64,000 nt of DNA, taken from NCBI GenBank assembly GCA_963786955.1, contig CAWBAT010000004.1, forward strand, positions 224,001-288,000, read 5' to 3'. Shown here in pieces: positions 18,645 to 29,592 of the stretch. Made by a program: the position numbers and the translations under genes. Position 1 is the stretch's first letter. Every line of letters starts with the position of its first letter. The DNA is from an uncultured Acidimicrobiia bacterium (GTDB lineage: Bacteria; Acidobacteriota; Terriglobia; Versatilivoradales; Versatilivoraceae). Under the pieces are notes generated by a model. It ran no database searches. It was given only the letters and a program-made list of their open reading frames with translations, and was not told the DNA's origin.

Positions 18645-21507
18645 ATGAGACGCACTATTTTTCTTCTTTTATTTTTCCTATTCTTGACCGCTCCCGAACA
18701 TCTTGCTTCGGATACCTCGGAGTTAGAATCCGGCGCTGTGGCAATTATTGGAAAGAATTGTCTCCCTTGTCACAATGCCGATCAGAAGACCGCAGGACTC
18801 ATGCTGGATCGGCGCGAAGGCGCGCTCAAGGGGGGAAACAGTGGACCGGCACTTGTCCCCCACCAGCCGGCTGATAGCCTCTTGATTAAGAAGATTATGG
18901 CCGGAGAGATGCCTCCCGGGAATCCGCTTTCCAACCAGGATCGGGAGGCTCTTCGCCAATGGGTGGAAGCGGGGGCCCCGTGGTCGGAGCCAGTGGCCAA
19001 GGCCCCAGCCAAACACCCTCGAGGGGACATGAACTGGTGGGCGCTTCAGCCGTTACGGAAACCTCAGGTTCCCAACCCATCCAACATTCCGCATGACTGG
19101 ACTCATACTGCAATCGATCGCTTCATCTATGCGAAGCTCCAGGAAAAAGGGTTACAACCTTCTCCTCCAGCTGACCGCACGACTTTGATTCGCCGCGCCA
19201 CGTATGATCTTCTAGGCCTGCCTCCAACCCCGGAAGAAGTGGAAGCCTTTGTCAATAACAACAACCCCGATGCCTACGAAAAGCTGGTTGACCGTCTTCT
19301 CAACTCACCCCAGTATGGGGAGCGCTGGGGGCGGCATTGGCTCGATGTCATTCGTTTTGGTGAAAGCCAGGGGTATGAGCAGAATCACTTGCGGGAGCAA
19401 GCTTGGCCGTTTCGAGACTACATTATTAAATCCTTTAACCAGGACAAACCGTTTACCCAAATGATTCTGGAACAACTGGCGGGAGATCAAATCGCGCCGG
19501 ACGATCCAGAAGCTTTGGTCGGGACGGGATTTCTCGTTGCCGGAACTCATGACACCGTAACCATTGAGAACATCGAAGGGAAGCTCCAGCAACGTGCCAA
19601 CGACCTGGATGATATGGTATCGACAACCGGCGCAGCCTTCCTGGGACTCACAATTGGATGCGCCCGCTGTCATGACCACAAATTTGACCCGATTCAACAG
19701 GCCGATTACTACCGGATTCAGGCAGCCTTTGGGGGAGTTCAGCATGGAGAAAGAGAGTGGACGACCTTGGCCTTAAAAGAGCGTCGCGCCGGACAGGAAA
19801 CGCCGCTGCTCGAAAAACAGCAACAGGTCATGGCACAAATGAAGACGCTTAAAGAGCAAGCGAAACCCCTGGTGGAGGCTCAAAGGGAAGAAATTACTCG
19901 ACGGCTCCGGCCTGCTATCAGTGCACGTGGAAATGAGGAGGACTTCGCACCGGTCACTGCTCGTTTTGTTCGTATGACGATCATTGCAACCACGAAGAAT
20001 CATCCGCCGGCTCTCGACGAGCTGGAAATATGGACCACGGGTCCGGATCCCCCAGAATGTCGCCTTGGCTTCCCATGGGACCAAGGTCCAGGCACGGAAA
20101 ACCCGCACCGATGAAAAAGACCCGAACTTTTACAAGGTGGAGTTTCTGAATGACGGGAAGGCCGATGAGATCTGGATTTCTGGGGAAAAGGGTACGGGTG
20201 AGGTGACGCTCGAGTTTCCTGAGTTAGAAACAATTTCCCGGATCACCTGGTCACGGGACCGTCCCGGCGCCAATCAAGGTAAGTTTGTGGGATATCTTCC
20301 GGTTCAGTATGCCTTTGAAATCTCCACAGACGGCCGGCGCTGGCAAAAAATTTCCAGTTCGGAAGATCGACTGCCCTATGACGAAGAAGAACGACAAGAG
20401 TTTTTCATTTTGGCTGTCCTTTCTGCTTCGGATCACGCCGCCTGGAATACTCTAAAATCCCAGAATACGAAGCTGCAGGAAGCGCTGGCAGCTCTTCCGC
20501 CTCTGCCTCGAGCCTATGTAGGCACTTTCGAGCAGCCTCAGGAGCCCGCCTATTTGTTGAAGCGCGGGAATCCTATGGATAAGGGTCCCGTAATCCCACC
20601 TGGGAGCTTAAGCACACTCGAAAGAATGTTGCCCGGCTACCAACTAGACCCCCACGCGCCGGAGGGCGAACGGCGTCTCGCCTTGGCACGATGGATCATC
20701 GATGACCGAAATGCTTTGGCAGCCCGGGTTCTTGCCAATCGCATATGGCACTATCATTTTGGGAAAGGTCTTGTCGGAACACCCAGCGATTTTGGATTCA
20801 ACGGAGACCGTCCCACTCATCCGGAGCTGCTCGAATGGATCGCCGGCCATTTGCAGGAGCTAGGCTGGCGGCTAAAGCCCTTGCATCGGGAAATCATGCT
20901 TTCGGCAACCTATCGCCAGTCCAGTGCCAACCGTCCGGAGAACGCCTCGATCGACAGTGAATCCCGCTACCTGTGGCGCTATCCGCCACGACGACTGGAG
21001 GCTGAGGCGTTGCGGGATTCCATTCTGGCGGTGAGTGGAAAGCTGAATATGACGATGGGCGGACCCGGATTTCGTTTGTACAAATACACTGTCGACAATG
21101 TGGCGACCTATTATCCTTTGGAAAATTTCGATCCCTCAACCTTTCGCCGGGCCGTTTACCAGCAGACTGCCAGAAGCGTCAAAGACGATTTGATGAGCCT
21201 TTACGACTGCCCAGATTCAACGGCTCCTGATCCCAAACGAGTTGTGACCACGACGGCGTTGCAGGCACTGAGTCTCTTGAACAGCACATTCATCATCGAC
21301 CAAGCCAATTTTTTTGCTGAACGGCTTATTCGGGAAACAAGCCGAAGCGATGCTCAAGCTCAGACAATCCGGGCGTTCCAGTTGGCATTTGGCCGCCGGC
21401 CGACGACTCTGGAACTCAACATGGGAATAGAATTCATCAGTCAAAAAGGTCTGATGGCCTTTTGTCGAATACTTTTTAACGCCAATGAATTTGTCTATGT
21501 GATGTAG
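18645..21507 (+). pseudogene. Planctomycete-type cytochrome c / DUF1549 / DUF1553 (PSD1) protein with an internal beta-sandwich, +1 frameshift at CCCCC 20049-20053
   Basis: Signal peptide, CLPCH heme motif, TLIRRATYDLLGLPPT, YGERWGRHWLD, CARCHDHKFDP; second half NRIWHYHFGKGLV, PTHPELL, RRLEAEALRD, QALSLLN in the +1 frame. Confidence 0.85.
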
Positions 21508-21524
21508 TGTCTTATCGGTTTGAT

Positions 21525-22967
21525 ATGGAAACATACTCTCGCATTTCTCCCTATTGGATGAATCGCCGCGAGTTTCTAGGGCAATTCCGTGAAGGACTGA
21601 CCAGCATCGCCTTGGCCCTATTGCTCAAGGAGCAGGGACTGCTTGCCGAAGAGACGCCCCCCTTAGGAAAGCCTCACTTCCCTCCCAGGGCTAAACGGGT
21701 GATCCAGATTTTCTGTCCGGGTGCGGTCTCACAAATGGACACTTTCGATTACAAACCGGAGCTGCAAAAACGAAGCGGCCAGCCTCTTCCCGGCGGAGAA
21801 AACTTAGTCTCTTTCCAAGGCGCCAACGGAAATCTTCTCAAGAGTCCATGGGATTTCAGGCAACGGGGTGCCAGCGGAAAGTGGGTGTCAAATTTGTTAC
21901 CCTATTTAGGCGAATGGGTCGATGAAATAGCCTTCTTCCACTCCATAACTGCCAAGAGTAATACTCATGGCCCCGGTTGCGTTCAGATGAATACCGGCTT
22001 TGTAACCGAAGGTTTCCCCAGTGCCGGAGCCTGGATCAGTTATGCTTTGGGCAGCGAAAATCACAATCTGCCCGCTTTTGTGGCTCTGCCCGACATTCGG
22101 GGAATCCCTCCGTCAGGGCCTGCCAACTGGACTGCTGGCTTCTTGCCTGCAGCCTATCAAGGAGTCATGTTGAGCGCTTCGGAACCGCTACGAAACCTGG
22201 CGCGGCCCGCTCAAATCAGTGCAGAAACGGACTCGGCTTCTAAGAAATTCTTGGACTTACTCAATACGATTTATGAAGAGCAGCACCCCGGGAACGCGGA
22301 CCTGGGAGGAAGAGTGGCCGCTTATGAACTCGCCGGCCGGATGCAGCTTTCAGCGCCTGAAGCCACGGACTTAAGCCAGGAAACAAAGGCAACCAAAGAA
22401 CTGTATGGCACAGAAGACCCTAATCCGTTGCTGGCTGCTTATGCGAAAAACTGCATTCTCGCACGTCGCTTGATTGAGCGCGGAGTGCGGTTTGTTCAGC
22501 TATTCTGCGGGTCTCGCGCCTCAGGGGTGGATGGTCTGCTGAATTGGGATGCCCACAAGACCCTAAAGCAGGACTATGAGAGGCACTGTCCTATCCTGGA
22601 TAAGCCTACGGCTGGTTTGATCAGGGACTTGAAATCTCGCGGCCTATTGGAAGACACCCTCTTACTCTGGACAACCGAATTCGGGCGGCAACCCACTCAT
22701 CAAGCCGGAACACTGGGACGCGATCATAATCCGGATGGATTCACGGTCTGGATGTTGGGCGCGGGAGTGAAAGGTGGCGTGAGTTATGGAGCTACGGATG
22801 AATTCGGCCGCCGGGCCGTTCAAGATGTCTGCACGATCTATGACTTTCATGCCACGGTGCTGAACCTCTTGGGCCTAAACCACGAAAAGCTCACTTACTA
22901 TCACAATGGTATCAAGCGGCGGCTGACCGATGTCCATGGCCGCGTGATCCGAGAAGTGTTGGCCTGA
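21525..22967 (+). CDS. DUF1501 domain-containing protein
   Basis: Tat-like NRREFL, PRAKRVIQIF, SQMDTFDYKP, ARRLIERGVRFVQ, WDAH, EFGR, GRDH, RLTDVHG; follows DUF1553 as usual. Confidence 0.92.
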   Translation: METYSRISPYWMNRREFLGQFREGLTSIALALLLKEQGLLAEETPPLGKPHFPPRAKRVIQIFCPGAVSQMDTFDYKPELQKRSGQPLPGGENLVSFQGANGNLLKSPWDFRQRGASGKWVSNLLPYLGEWVDEIAFFHSITAKSNTHGPGCVQMNTGFVTEGFPSAGAWISYALGSENHNLPAFVALPDIRGIPPSGPANWTAGFLPAAYQGVMLSASEPLRNLARPAQISAETDSASKKFLDLLNTIYEEQHPGNADLGGRVAAYELAGRMQLSAPEATDLSQETKATKELYGTEDPNPLLAAYAKNCILARRLIERGVRFVQLFCGSRASGVDGLLNWDAHKTLKQDYERHCPILDKPTAGLIRDLKSRGLLEDTLLLWTTEFGRQPTHQAGTLGRDHNPDGFTVWMLGAGVKGGVSYGATDEFGRRAVQDVCTIYDFHATVLNLLGLNHEKLTYYHNGIKRRLTDVHGRVIREVLA

Positions 22968-23004
22968 TTCTTCCGATGGATTAGCGAGGGCAAATCGAAA
23001 TAAG

Positions 23005-23105
23005 TCCCCTCTCGGGAGGGGTTGAGGGCTTTAGCCCTCAGGGGTGGGTATGACACCACCGGGAACGTAGGCATCCTGCCCGCCCATTTTGCGGGTCGGC
23101 AGGCA
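23005..23105. repeat. REP-like palindromes between convergent genes
   Basis: CCCCTCTC-GGGAGGGG; TGAGGGCT-tt-AGCCCTCA; GGAACGTAGGCATCCTGCCCGC. Confidence 0.55.
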
Positions 23106-23276
23106 TCGGAGTTTGACGCCTGCGCATTCTCTTTGAAGAAGACTCTGTTCCACGATTGGACGGCCAAAGACGCCTTTCAATCGTGGCTACCCACGGGTGG
23201 CACAGACATCGAATTTTGATGTCTGTGAATTAATTGTGAAGATGACCTTGATCCACTACCATGAAGGCAGGAACCA

Positions 23277-24164
23277 TTACCCCAAGCCAATTTCTCGCAA
23301 ATAGGCCCGAGTCCTTTTCGCGATCGGTAAGGGTTTGTCGAAGGGAGCGGGAAACATATCTTGTTCTACGGTTGCCCACCCCTGGTAGTTGATGTCACGA
23401 AGCACATCGCGAAAGGCCAAAAAGTCCACGGCACCTTTCGAGGGCTCGCAGAACATGTCAATCGCGACGGCTTTCGCAAAGGGGATCTTCTCCGCCTCCA
23501 CCTTCTTCTGAATGTTGCGGTCGACACTCTTCAGATGTAAATAGCTTATCCGGTGGTGATACTGCCGCATCAATTGGACTGGATCCCCGCCACGGTAGGC
23601 GTGGTGGCCGGTATCTAAACAGAGCGAGACCAACTCAGGGTCTGTTTTTTCGAGAAAATGAATAATTTGTTCAGTGGTCTCAATGTGGGTCTCCGCATGG
23701 GGATGAAAAACTAGCTGCAATCCAAATCGCTCTTTCGCCAGGCGGGCCACACGATGAGTTGTATCGACCAGACGCTGCCAGCCCGATTCATCCAGTGTGG
23801 AAGGTGCCGTGGGCTCGCCCGTGAACAGATTCGTATAGACATCATCGATCAACACCAAATAGCGGGCGCCGAGATTGGACAACTGCTCACCGGCACCAAG
23901 AACTTGTCTTTCCAATTCCGGCCAGGCCGACGGATCTTCAAGGCTGGCCATCGCAAATGTCCCGGTGACTTTGAGTTTCCGGCGGTTCAGTTCCTTTTGA
24001 AGCGTGGGGACGTCTGCGGGCAGGTATCCATACGGACCCAATTCCGTCCATTCGTATCCAGCCTCAACCACTTCATCGAGGTACCGGTGCCAAGGGGTCT
24101 GCCGAGCGTCACTCGGGAACCATACTCCCCACGAATCCGGAGCAATGCCAATTTTGATATCCAT
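23277..24164 (-). CDS. iolE: myo-inosose-2 dehydratase-like sugar phosphate isomerase/epimerase (TIM barrel)
   Basis: IGIAPDSWGVWF, ELGPYGYLP, FHPH, CLDTGH, HLK, VEQD; SD AAGGAG; follows iolD. Confidence 0.75.
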   Translation of the reverse strand: MDIKIGIAPDSWGVWFPSDARQTPWHRYLDEVVEAGYEWTELGPYGYLPADVPTLQKELNRRKLKVTGTFAMASLEDPSAWPELERQVLGAGEQLSNLGARYLVLIDDVYTNLFTGEPTAPSTLDESGWQRLVDTTHRVARLAKERFGLQLVFHPHAETHIETTEQIIHFLEKTDPELVSLCLDTGHHAYRGGDPVQLMRQYHHRISYLHLKSVDRNIQKKVEAEKIPFAKAVAIDMFCEPSKGAVDFLAFRDVLRDINYQGWATVEQDMFPAPFDKPLPIAKRTRAYLREIGLG

Positions 24165-24199
24165 AGTTTCTCTCCTTGAGATGACGATCCCGCTAGGAA

Positions 24200-26092
24200 T
24201 CAATAGTGAAATCGTTGCAGTTTCTGGCGGCCTTTTTCATACTCCGCCCTCAGTTTCTGAGTGGCCGCATCTTGGGAGACTTCTGCGGCCGCCACATCCC
24301 ACCAGACCTCTGAGGATGGAAGGAAGCGGTATTTTTCAGTCTCCACCACAATGACGCAGGATCGGGTCTCGGCACGGGCATCGCGAAGCGCTTGTTTGAG
24401 TTCGGCAGGGGTCTTCACATGCCACGCGCGCGCGCCCATGCTCTCCGCGTTCTTGGCGAAATCAATAGAGACGAAATCTCCCTCCAAACGATTGGTATGC
24501 GAGTCCCGTGACCGGAACTCATTTCCGAAACTATGCCCGGCACGTCCCAACTGCAATTGCCGGATGCACTGGTAACCGTGGTTCTCCGATAAAACCACCG
24601 TGATCTTGAGCCTCTCCTGCATGGCGGTCACCAGTTCGGTCGGATTCATGAGGTAGGTCCCATCACCAATGAAGACATAGACCTCGCCGCTTTTTTGACT
24701 CATCCTGACCCCGAGAGCGGCCGGTATTTCATAGGCCATACAAGAAAAGCCAAACTCCAAATGGCAGTTTCGGCCTTGAGTGGCGTCCCAAATCTTGAGC
24801 AGGTCACCCGGCGGGCTGCCAGCGGCAGCCACCACCGTGTCGCCCGGATGCGCTTCCTCATTGAAAACTCCAATCAGTTGGCCCTGACTCATCGCTTCCC
24901 CAGAAACCTGTTGATAGACTTCAATCCGCAACCGCTTTTCCCACTCTGCTTTGAGCCCTCCAAACCGTTCCAAATACTTAGGATTCGGCTTTATCCCTGC
25001 TTCCTCCGCCGCTTTGGATAGCAAGCGAAGCCCTTCGCGCGCGTCGGCCAGTACAGGCAGGGCGCCTTGCTTATAGGCGTCATGCCCCGAGACGTTGATG
25101 TGGATGAATTTTACATTGGGGTTCTGAAAGGCCGACTGTGACCCGGTAGTGAAATCGGTTAGCCGCGTTCCCACGCAGATAATCAGATCGGCCTCGCTTA
25201 CAATTTTCCCGGAAACCGGGTTACCCGTCACCCCTTGGGCTCCGAAGAGCACCGGGGACGCATTCTTAATGGCGCCTTTGCCCGCAAATGTCTCGACCAC
25301 CGGGATACCAAGCTTTTCGGCGAATCGTTGCAAGTCATCCCAAGCTTCCGAGTAATGGACCCCGCCACCGGCGATAATCACCGGGGCTCGAGATTCTTTC
25401 AGTAAACCTATTGCCTCATGAATCCGCTGTGGGGACGGCAACCGCCGTTCAATCCGCCACATTCGCTTCTCGAAGAAATGGCGGGGATAATCGTAGGCAT
25501 GAGCTTGCACATCTTGCGGCAAGCACACCGTCACAGCCCCCGTCTCGGCAGGATCTGTGAGCACTCGCATGGCCTCGGGCAAAGCCGTCAGGAGTTGTTC
25601 AGGACGGGAGATACGATCAAAAAAACGACTGACCGGGCGGAAACAATCGTTGACACTGATATCCGACGATATCGGGTGCTCCAATTGCTGCAAAACGGGG
25701 CCTTGATGACGAGTGACATAGTAGTCTGAAGGCAAAAGCAGCACCGGCAACCGGTTGATCGTAGCCGTTGCGGCCCCGGTAACCATGTTGGTGGAGCCTG
25801 GACCGATCGAGGAGCAACAGGCCAAAGTGGAGAGCCGGAGATTGGCCTTGGCGTAACCTATAGCAGTGTGAACCATGGACTGCTCGTTGCAAGGCTGGTA
25901 GTAGGGCAGGTCCTGTCCATATTCGTAGAGTGCCTGTCCTATCCCGGCTACGTTTCCGTGGCCAAAAATTCCGAAAAGAGCAGGAATCAGCCGTCGTGAC
26001 TTGTCATCCCGTTCACTGAACTGGACCTGCAAATACTTCACGACTGCCTGTGCAACGGTGAGGCGAAGAGGTTCATTTTCCATTCGAGCCAT
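24200..26092 (-). CDS. iolD: 3D-(3,5/4)-trihydroxycyclohexane-1,2-dione acylhydrolase
   Basis: RLTVAQA, GIFGHGNV, SSIGPG, PVLQQLE, GTRLTDFTTGS, HLEFGFSCM, ThDP motif GDGTYLM, WWDV. Confidence 0.93.
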   Translation of the reverse strand: MARMENEPLRLTVAQAVVKYLQVQFSERDDKSRRLIPALFGIFGHGNVAGIGQALYEYGQDLPYYQPCNEQSMVHTAIGYAKANLRLSTLACCSSIGPGSTNMVTGAATATINRLPVLLLPSDYYVTRHQGPVLQQLEHPISSDISVNDCFRPVSRFFDRISRPEQLLTALPEAMRVLTDPAETGAVTVCLPQDVQAHAYDYPRHFFEKRMWRIERRLPSPQRIHEAIGLLKESRAPVIIAGGGVHYSEAWDDLQRFAEKLGIPVVETFAGKGAIKNASPVLFGAQGVTGNPVSGKIVSEADLIICVGTRLTDFTTGSQSAFQNPNVKFIHINVSGHDAYKQGALPVLADAREGLRLLSKAAEEAGIKPNPKYLERFGGLKAEWEKRLRIEVYQQVSGEAMSQGQLIGVFNEEAHPGDTVVAAAGSPPGDLLKIWDATQGRNCHLEFGFSCMAYEIPAALGVRMSQKSGEVYVFIGDGTYLMNPTELVTAMQERLKITVVLSENHGYQCIRQLQLGRAGHSFGNEFRSRDSHTNRLEGDFVSIDFAKNAESMGARAWHVKTPAELKQALRDARAETRSCVIVVETEKYRFLPSSEVWWDVAAAEVSQDAATQKLRAEYEKGRQKLQRFHY

Positions 26093-26278
26093 GTTTTATA
26101 TCCTTTCCTGTCTTTCTAGTTCATGCCCGCATCCACTGCCGGCAATCTTCTGCAGACACTCATCTTATTTTCGGGGGACCCTTGCATTCTTTGTAGTCTA
26201 AGTACTGCGTTTCAGAAACTCGATGGCGTTAACACCGGGGCGGTAACCCGGCGTTGGAGTTTGGACATTTGCACAAGA

Positions 26279-26334
26279 TTGTAGTCCCGGCTTTAGCCGG
26301 TCCGGAACATCACCGCCTGAAGGCGGTACTACAA
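26279..26334. repeat. Inverted GTAG-REP doublet
   Basis: TTGTAGTCCCGGCTTTAGCCGG ... CCGCCTGAAGGCGGTACTACAA. Confidence 0.7.
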
Positions 26335-26389
26335 ACTTGCGGCCTGAAAGGCCGCCACTGCAGGCGAGTCGCCTGCGCTTCATCAGTCA

Positions 26390-27820
26390 TTAGTCGTCCA
26401 GCCCATGAAAGACCACGGTCTTCAATTCGGTCATTTCTTCTATGGCGTAACGGCAACCTTCTTTCCCGATGCCGCTTTGCTTGAACCCTCCGTAGGGCAT
26501 GAGGTCTGCCCGCCATAGAGGTGTCCAGTTGATCATCACGTTTCCGGTATGAACAGATCGAGCAAATTTCAGGGCATTCTGGATGTCTCGGGTAAAGATC
26601 CCTGCCGAGAGTCCATAGCGACTGGAATTAGCTAGAGAAATCGCCTCATCGATATTTTCCACGGGAGTGACTCCAACGGCAGGACCAAAGAGCTCATCGG
26701 AAAAAATCCGCATCTGGGGCTTCACATCCGCGACCACCGTCGGGGCAAAGAGAGCTCCTTGTCGATCGCCACCCGTGATCAACCGGGCTCCGTCCTCAAC
26801 GGCTTCATGAATCCAATCGCCGACGCGGTTTGCTTCCTTCGCGGAAATCATGGAGCTCAGCCGTGTATCATCAGCCATGGGGTCACCCACCTTGATCCGG
26901 TTAACGGCTCCTTTCAGCGCATCCAGGAATTCTGCATAAATCTTTCGGTGAGCCAGAACCCTTTGGGTGGAGATACACACTTGCCCCGCATTAACGAAAC
27001 CACCCACGGCGGTGGCTTCGGCTACTTTTGCCAGATCAGCGTCAGGGAGTATGACTAGAGCAGAATTCGAACCGAGTTCCAAAGAGACTTTTTTAATTCC
27101 GGCAACACGGGTGATCGCTTCTCCAACGACAGTACTCCCGGTAAAGGTGATTTTACGCACCCGGGAGTCCGCACACAATGCCGCTCCCATTCTTTCTCCA
27201 GAACCGGTAATGCACTGCAGTGCATTACCGGGCAAACCGGCTTCGTTCAGAAGTTTGGAAAATTTTAAAGCAGTAAGCGGAGTCTGGCGAGCGGGCTTTA
27301 GGATGACAGCGTTCCCGGATGCAAGCGCTGGACCCACCTTATGAGCCACCAGCAAAAGAGGATAATTGAACGGGGTAATCGCAACGATCACTCCACAGGG
27401 AACCCGCAGAGCAAACCCCATCTTCCCTTTGACTCCTTGTTGGGCATCCAACGGCAGCGTTTCGCCCCGGAGTTGAGCCCCTTCAAAAGCACATAAGCGC
27501 AACAAATCCGGAATCCGGCTGGCCTCACCCCGGGATTCGCTCAGCGGCTTCCCCTCTTCGAGACTGATGGTGCGCGCCAGATCTTCCACGTTTGCAGCCA
27601 CTAAGTCGGCTCCGCGCATCAAAATTTGCTGGCGCTCATAGGCCGTCAAGAGGGCCATGGCGCTACCGGCTTTCTCAGCCGCACTTAAGGCTTGTTCGAT
27701 CTGGATCCCGGTCGCTTCGGGGACCGTATCGATCACCTCGCCGGAATACGGCGAAACCACATCAACCATGGTGGGAGAATCTGTCCACTGACCATTCACA
27801 TACATCATCATGGGTGTCAA
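26390..27820 (-). CDS. NAD(P)-dependent aldehyde dehydrogenase
   Basis: ITPFNYP, KITFTGS, SLELG, AGQVCIS, ELFGP, PYGGFKQSG. Confidence 0.92.
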   Translation of the reverse strand: MTPMMMYVNGQWTDSPTMVDVVSPYSGEVIDTVPEATGIQIEQALSAAEKAGSAMALLTAYERQQILMRGADLVAANVEDLARTISLEEGKPLSESRGEASRIPDLLRLCAFEGAQLRGETLPLDAQQGVKGKMGFALRVPCGVIVAITPFNYPLLLVAHKVGPALASGNAVILKPARQTPLTALKFSKLLNEAGLPGNALQCITGSGERMGAALCADSRVRKITFTGSTVVGEAITRVAGIKKVSLELGSNSALVILPDADLAKVAEATAVGGFVNAGQVCISTQRVLAHRKIYAEFLDALKGAVNRIKVGDPMADDTRLSSMISAKEANRVGDWIHEAVEDGARLITGGDRQGALFAPTVVADVKPQMRIFSDELFGPAVGVTPVENIDEAISLANSSRYGLSAGIFTRDIQNALKFARSVHTGNVMINWTPLWRADLMPYGGFKQSGIGKEGCRYAIEEMTELKTVVFHGLDD

Positions 27821-28111
27821 ACTCCTTACTTTCGAAAGGCGGTCCGTATCGGGGCGGTTTCACTTACGAGGTCGAATTTCAATTGAAAAAATGACAATCC
27901 CTTTGTCCTTTAGACCGCGATAGTCTGGCATGACAACGCGCCCAATGTCCAGCTTCGTTGGACTCCATAAGCTGTTCCCCAGGAAATGGGTCTGGTGTAG
28001 ACTGTATTTTGCTGGCGCTGATCTCAAATGACCTCAGGTGAATTTCAACTTGAAGCCCCATCGAGACGCCTTTCAACTCGCCGGCAAATCTACTGAAATT
28101 AGGAATAAGCG

Positions 28112-29566
28112 ATGAAGCAACCCGAGATTTTGAAGAACTACATCGATGGAGCTTGGACGGCATCGAAAACTGTGGAATGTTTGAATGTTTGCAATCCGGC
28201 AACCTCAGAAATTCTCTCTCGGGTTCCACTCTCACTCTCCGGTGATGTCGATACCGCTGTCCGTGCGGCTTTGGAGGCATTTCAGAGCTGGCGAAGGACA
28301 CCTGCGGTCGAGAGAGTTCAGTATCTTTTTAAATTGAGGGGATTGGTCGAAGAACATTCCATTGCAATTGCTCAAACTATTACGCAGGAATGCGGGAAGA
28401 CTCTTCTTGAAGCCCAAGGCGAACTGCGCCGAGGCATCGAGAATATCGAAGTGGCGACAGGGATTCCGTCGCTCATGATGGGGTGTAATCTGGAGGATGT
28501 CAGTCGCGGTATTGATGAATTCATGATTCGTCAACCACTGGGAGTCGTTGCGGCGATTCCACCGTTTAATTTTCCTGCCATGATTCCTTTATGGTTTCTC
28601 CCATACGCCATCGCTTGCGGCAATACGATTGTGCTCAAACCGTCGGAAAAGGTTCCGATGACGATGAGCCTGATCTTCCAATTGATCGACCAGATTGGCT
28701 TACCACGGGGTGTGGCCAACTTGGTGCATGGAAGCAAGGAGGTCACAGAACGCCTCATCGATCACCCGGATGTTCGGGCCATCTCCTTTGTCGGATCATC
28801 CCCTGTGGCCAAGGCGGTCTACGCCCGTGCCGCCGCCAAAGGGAAACGAGTCCAATGCCAAGGGGGCGCCAAGAATATGGCCATTGTGCTTCCGGATGCA
28901 GACATGGAGATGACCACCAAAGTATTGGCTGAATCCGCCTTTGGCTGCGCCGGGCAACGTTGTCTGGCCACTTCAGTGGCTCTCACGGTAGGAGAAGCCC
29001 GGAAAGCTTTCACAGAGCAAATTGTCGATATGGCCGCTGCATTGAAAGTCGGGTATGGCCTCGAATCCGGAGTGGAGATGGGTCCCGTAATCTCGGCGTT
29101 GAGTAAAAATCGGGTTCAGAAGTTAATTGCGGAAGGCAGGTCTGAATATGGCGAGATTCTGTTGGACGGACGAGAACCCACCATTCCTGGTTACGAACGA
29201 GGAAGTTTTATCCGTCCCACGATTGTGAATCAGGTCAATCTTTCCGGAGCACTTGCACAAAGCGAAATTTTCGGCCCGGTCCTTGCATTGTCTCATGCGG
29301 ATTCGATTGAGGAAGCCATTCGACAAGCCAACGCCTCCGTCTTTGGCAACATGGCCTGTATCTTCACGCGCGATGGCCACGCGGCTCGCAAATTTCGAAA
29401 TGAAGTGGAAGCCGGAAATGTTGGGATCAATGTAGGAGTTGCCGCGCCGATGGCCTTTTTCCCATTTTCCGGCTGGAAAGAGAGCTTTTTTGGCGATCTG
29501 CACGCCCAAGGTCGAGATGCGATTGATTTCTACACAGATAAGAAAATCGTGATTGAACGCTGGTAA
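28112..29566 (+). CDS. iolA: CoA-acylating (methyl)malonate-semialdehyde dehydrogenase
   Basis: PFNFPAMIPLW, KPSEKVP, ISFVGS, GAKN, AFGCAGQRC, GINVGVAAPMAFFPFSGWKESFFGDLH; divergent from the iol genes. Confidence 0.88.
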   Translation: MKQPEILKNYIDGAWTASKTVECLNVCNPATSEILSRVPLSLSGDVDTAVRAALEAFQSWRRTPAVERVQYLFKLRGLVEEHSIAIAQTITQECGKTLLEAQGELRRGIENIEVATGIPSLMMGCNLEDVSRGIDEFMIRQPLGVVAAIPPFNFPAMIPLWFLPYAIACGNTIVLKPSEKVPMTMSLIFQLIDQIGLPRGVANLVHGSKEVTERLIDHPDVRAISFVGSSPVAKAVYARAAAKGKRVQCQGGAKNMAIVLPDADMEMTTKVLAESAFGCAGQRCLATSVALTVGEARKAFTEQIVDMAAALKVGYGLESGVEMGPVISALSKNRVQKLIAEGRSEYGEILLDGREPTIPGYERGSFIRPTIVNQVNLSGALAQSEIFGPVLALSHADSIEEAIRQANASVFGNMACIFTRDGHAARKFRNEVEAGNVGINVGVAAPMAFFPFSGWKESFFGDLHAQGRDAIDFYTDKKIVIERW

Positions 29567-29592
29567 GGCTCAACCGAGTACATCAATCCTTA

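Noticed and set aside
17127-20114. Selenocysteine readthrough or programmed frameshifting to explain the split genes
   Set aside because: The continuations are in a different frame, so not UGA readthrough, and no canonical slippery heptamer was seen
15260-23000. tRNA-anchored genomic island or prophage
   Set aside because: No integrase, no duplicated tRNA 3' end found, and no evident composition shift
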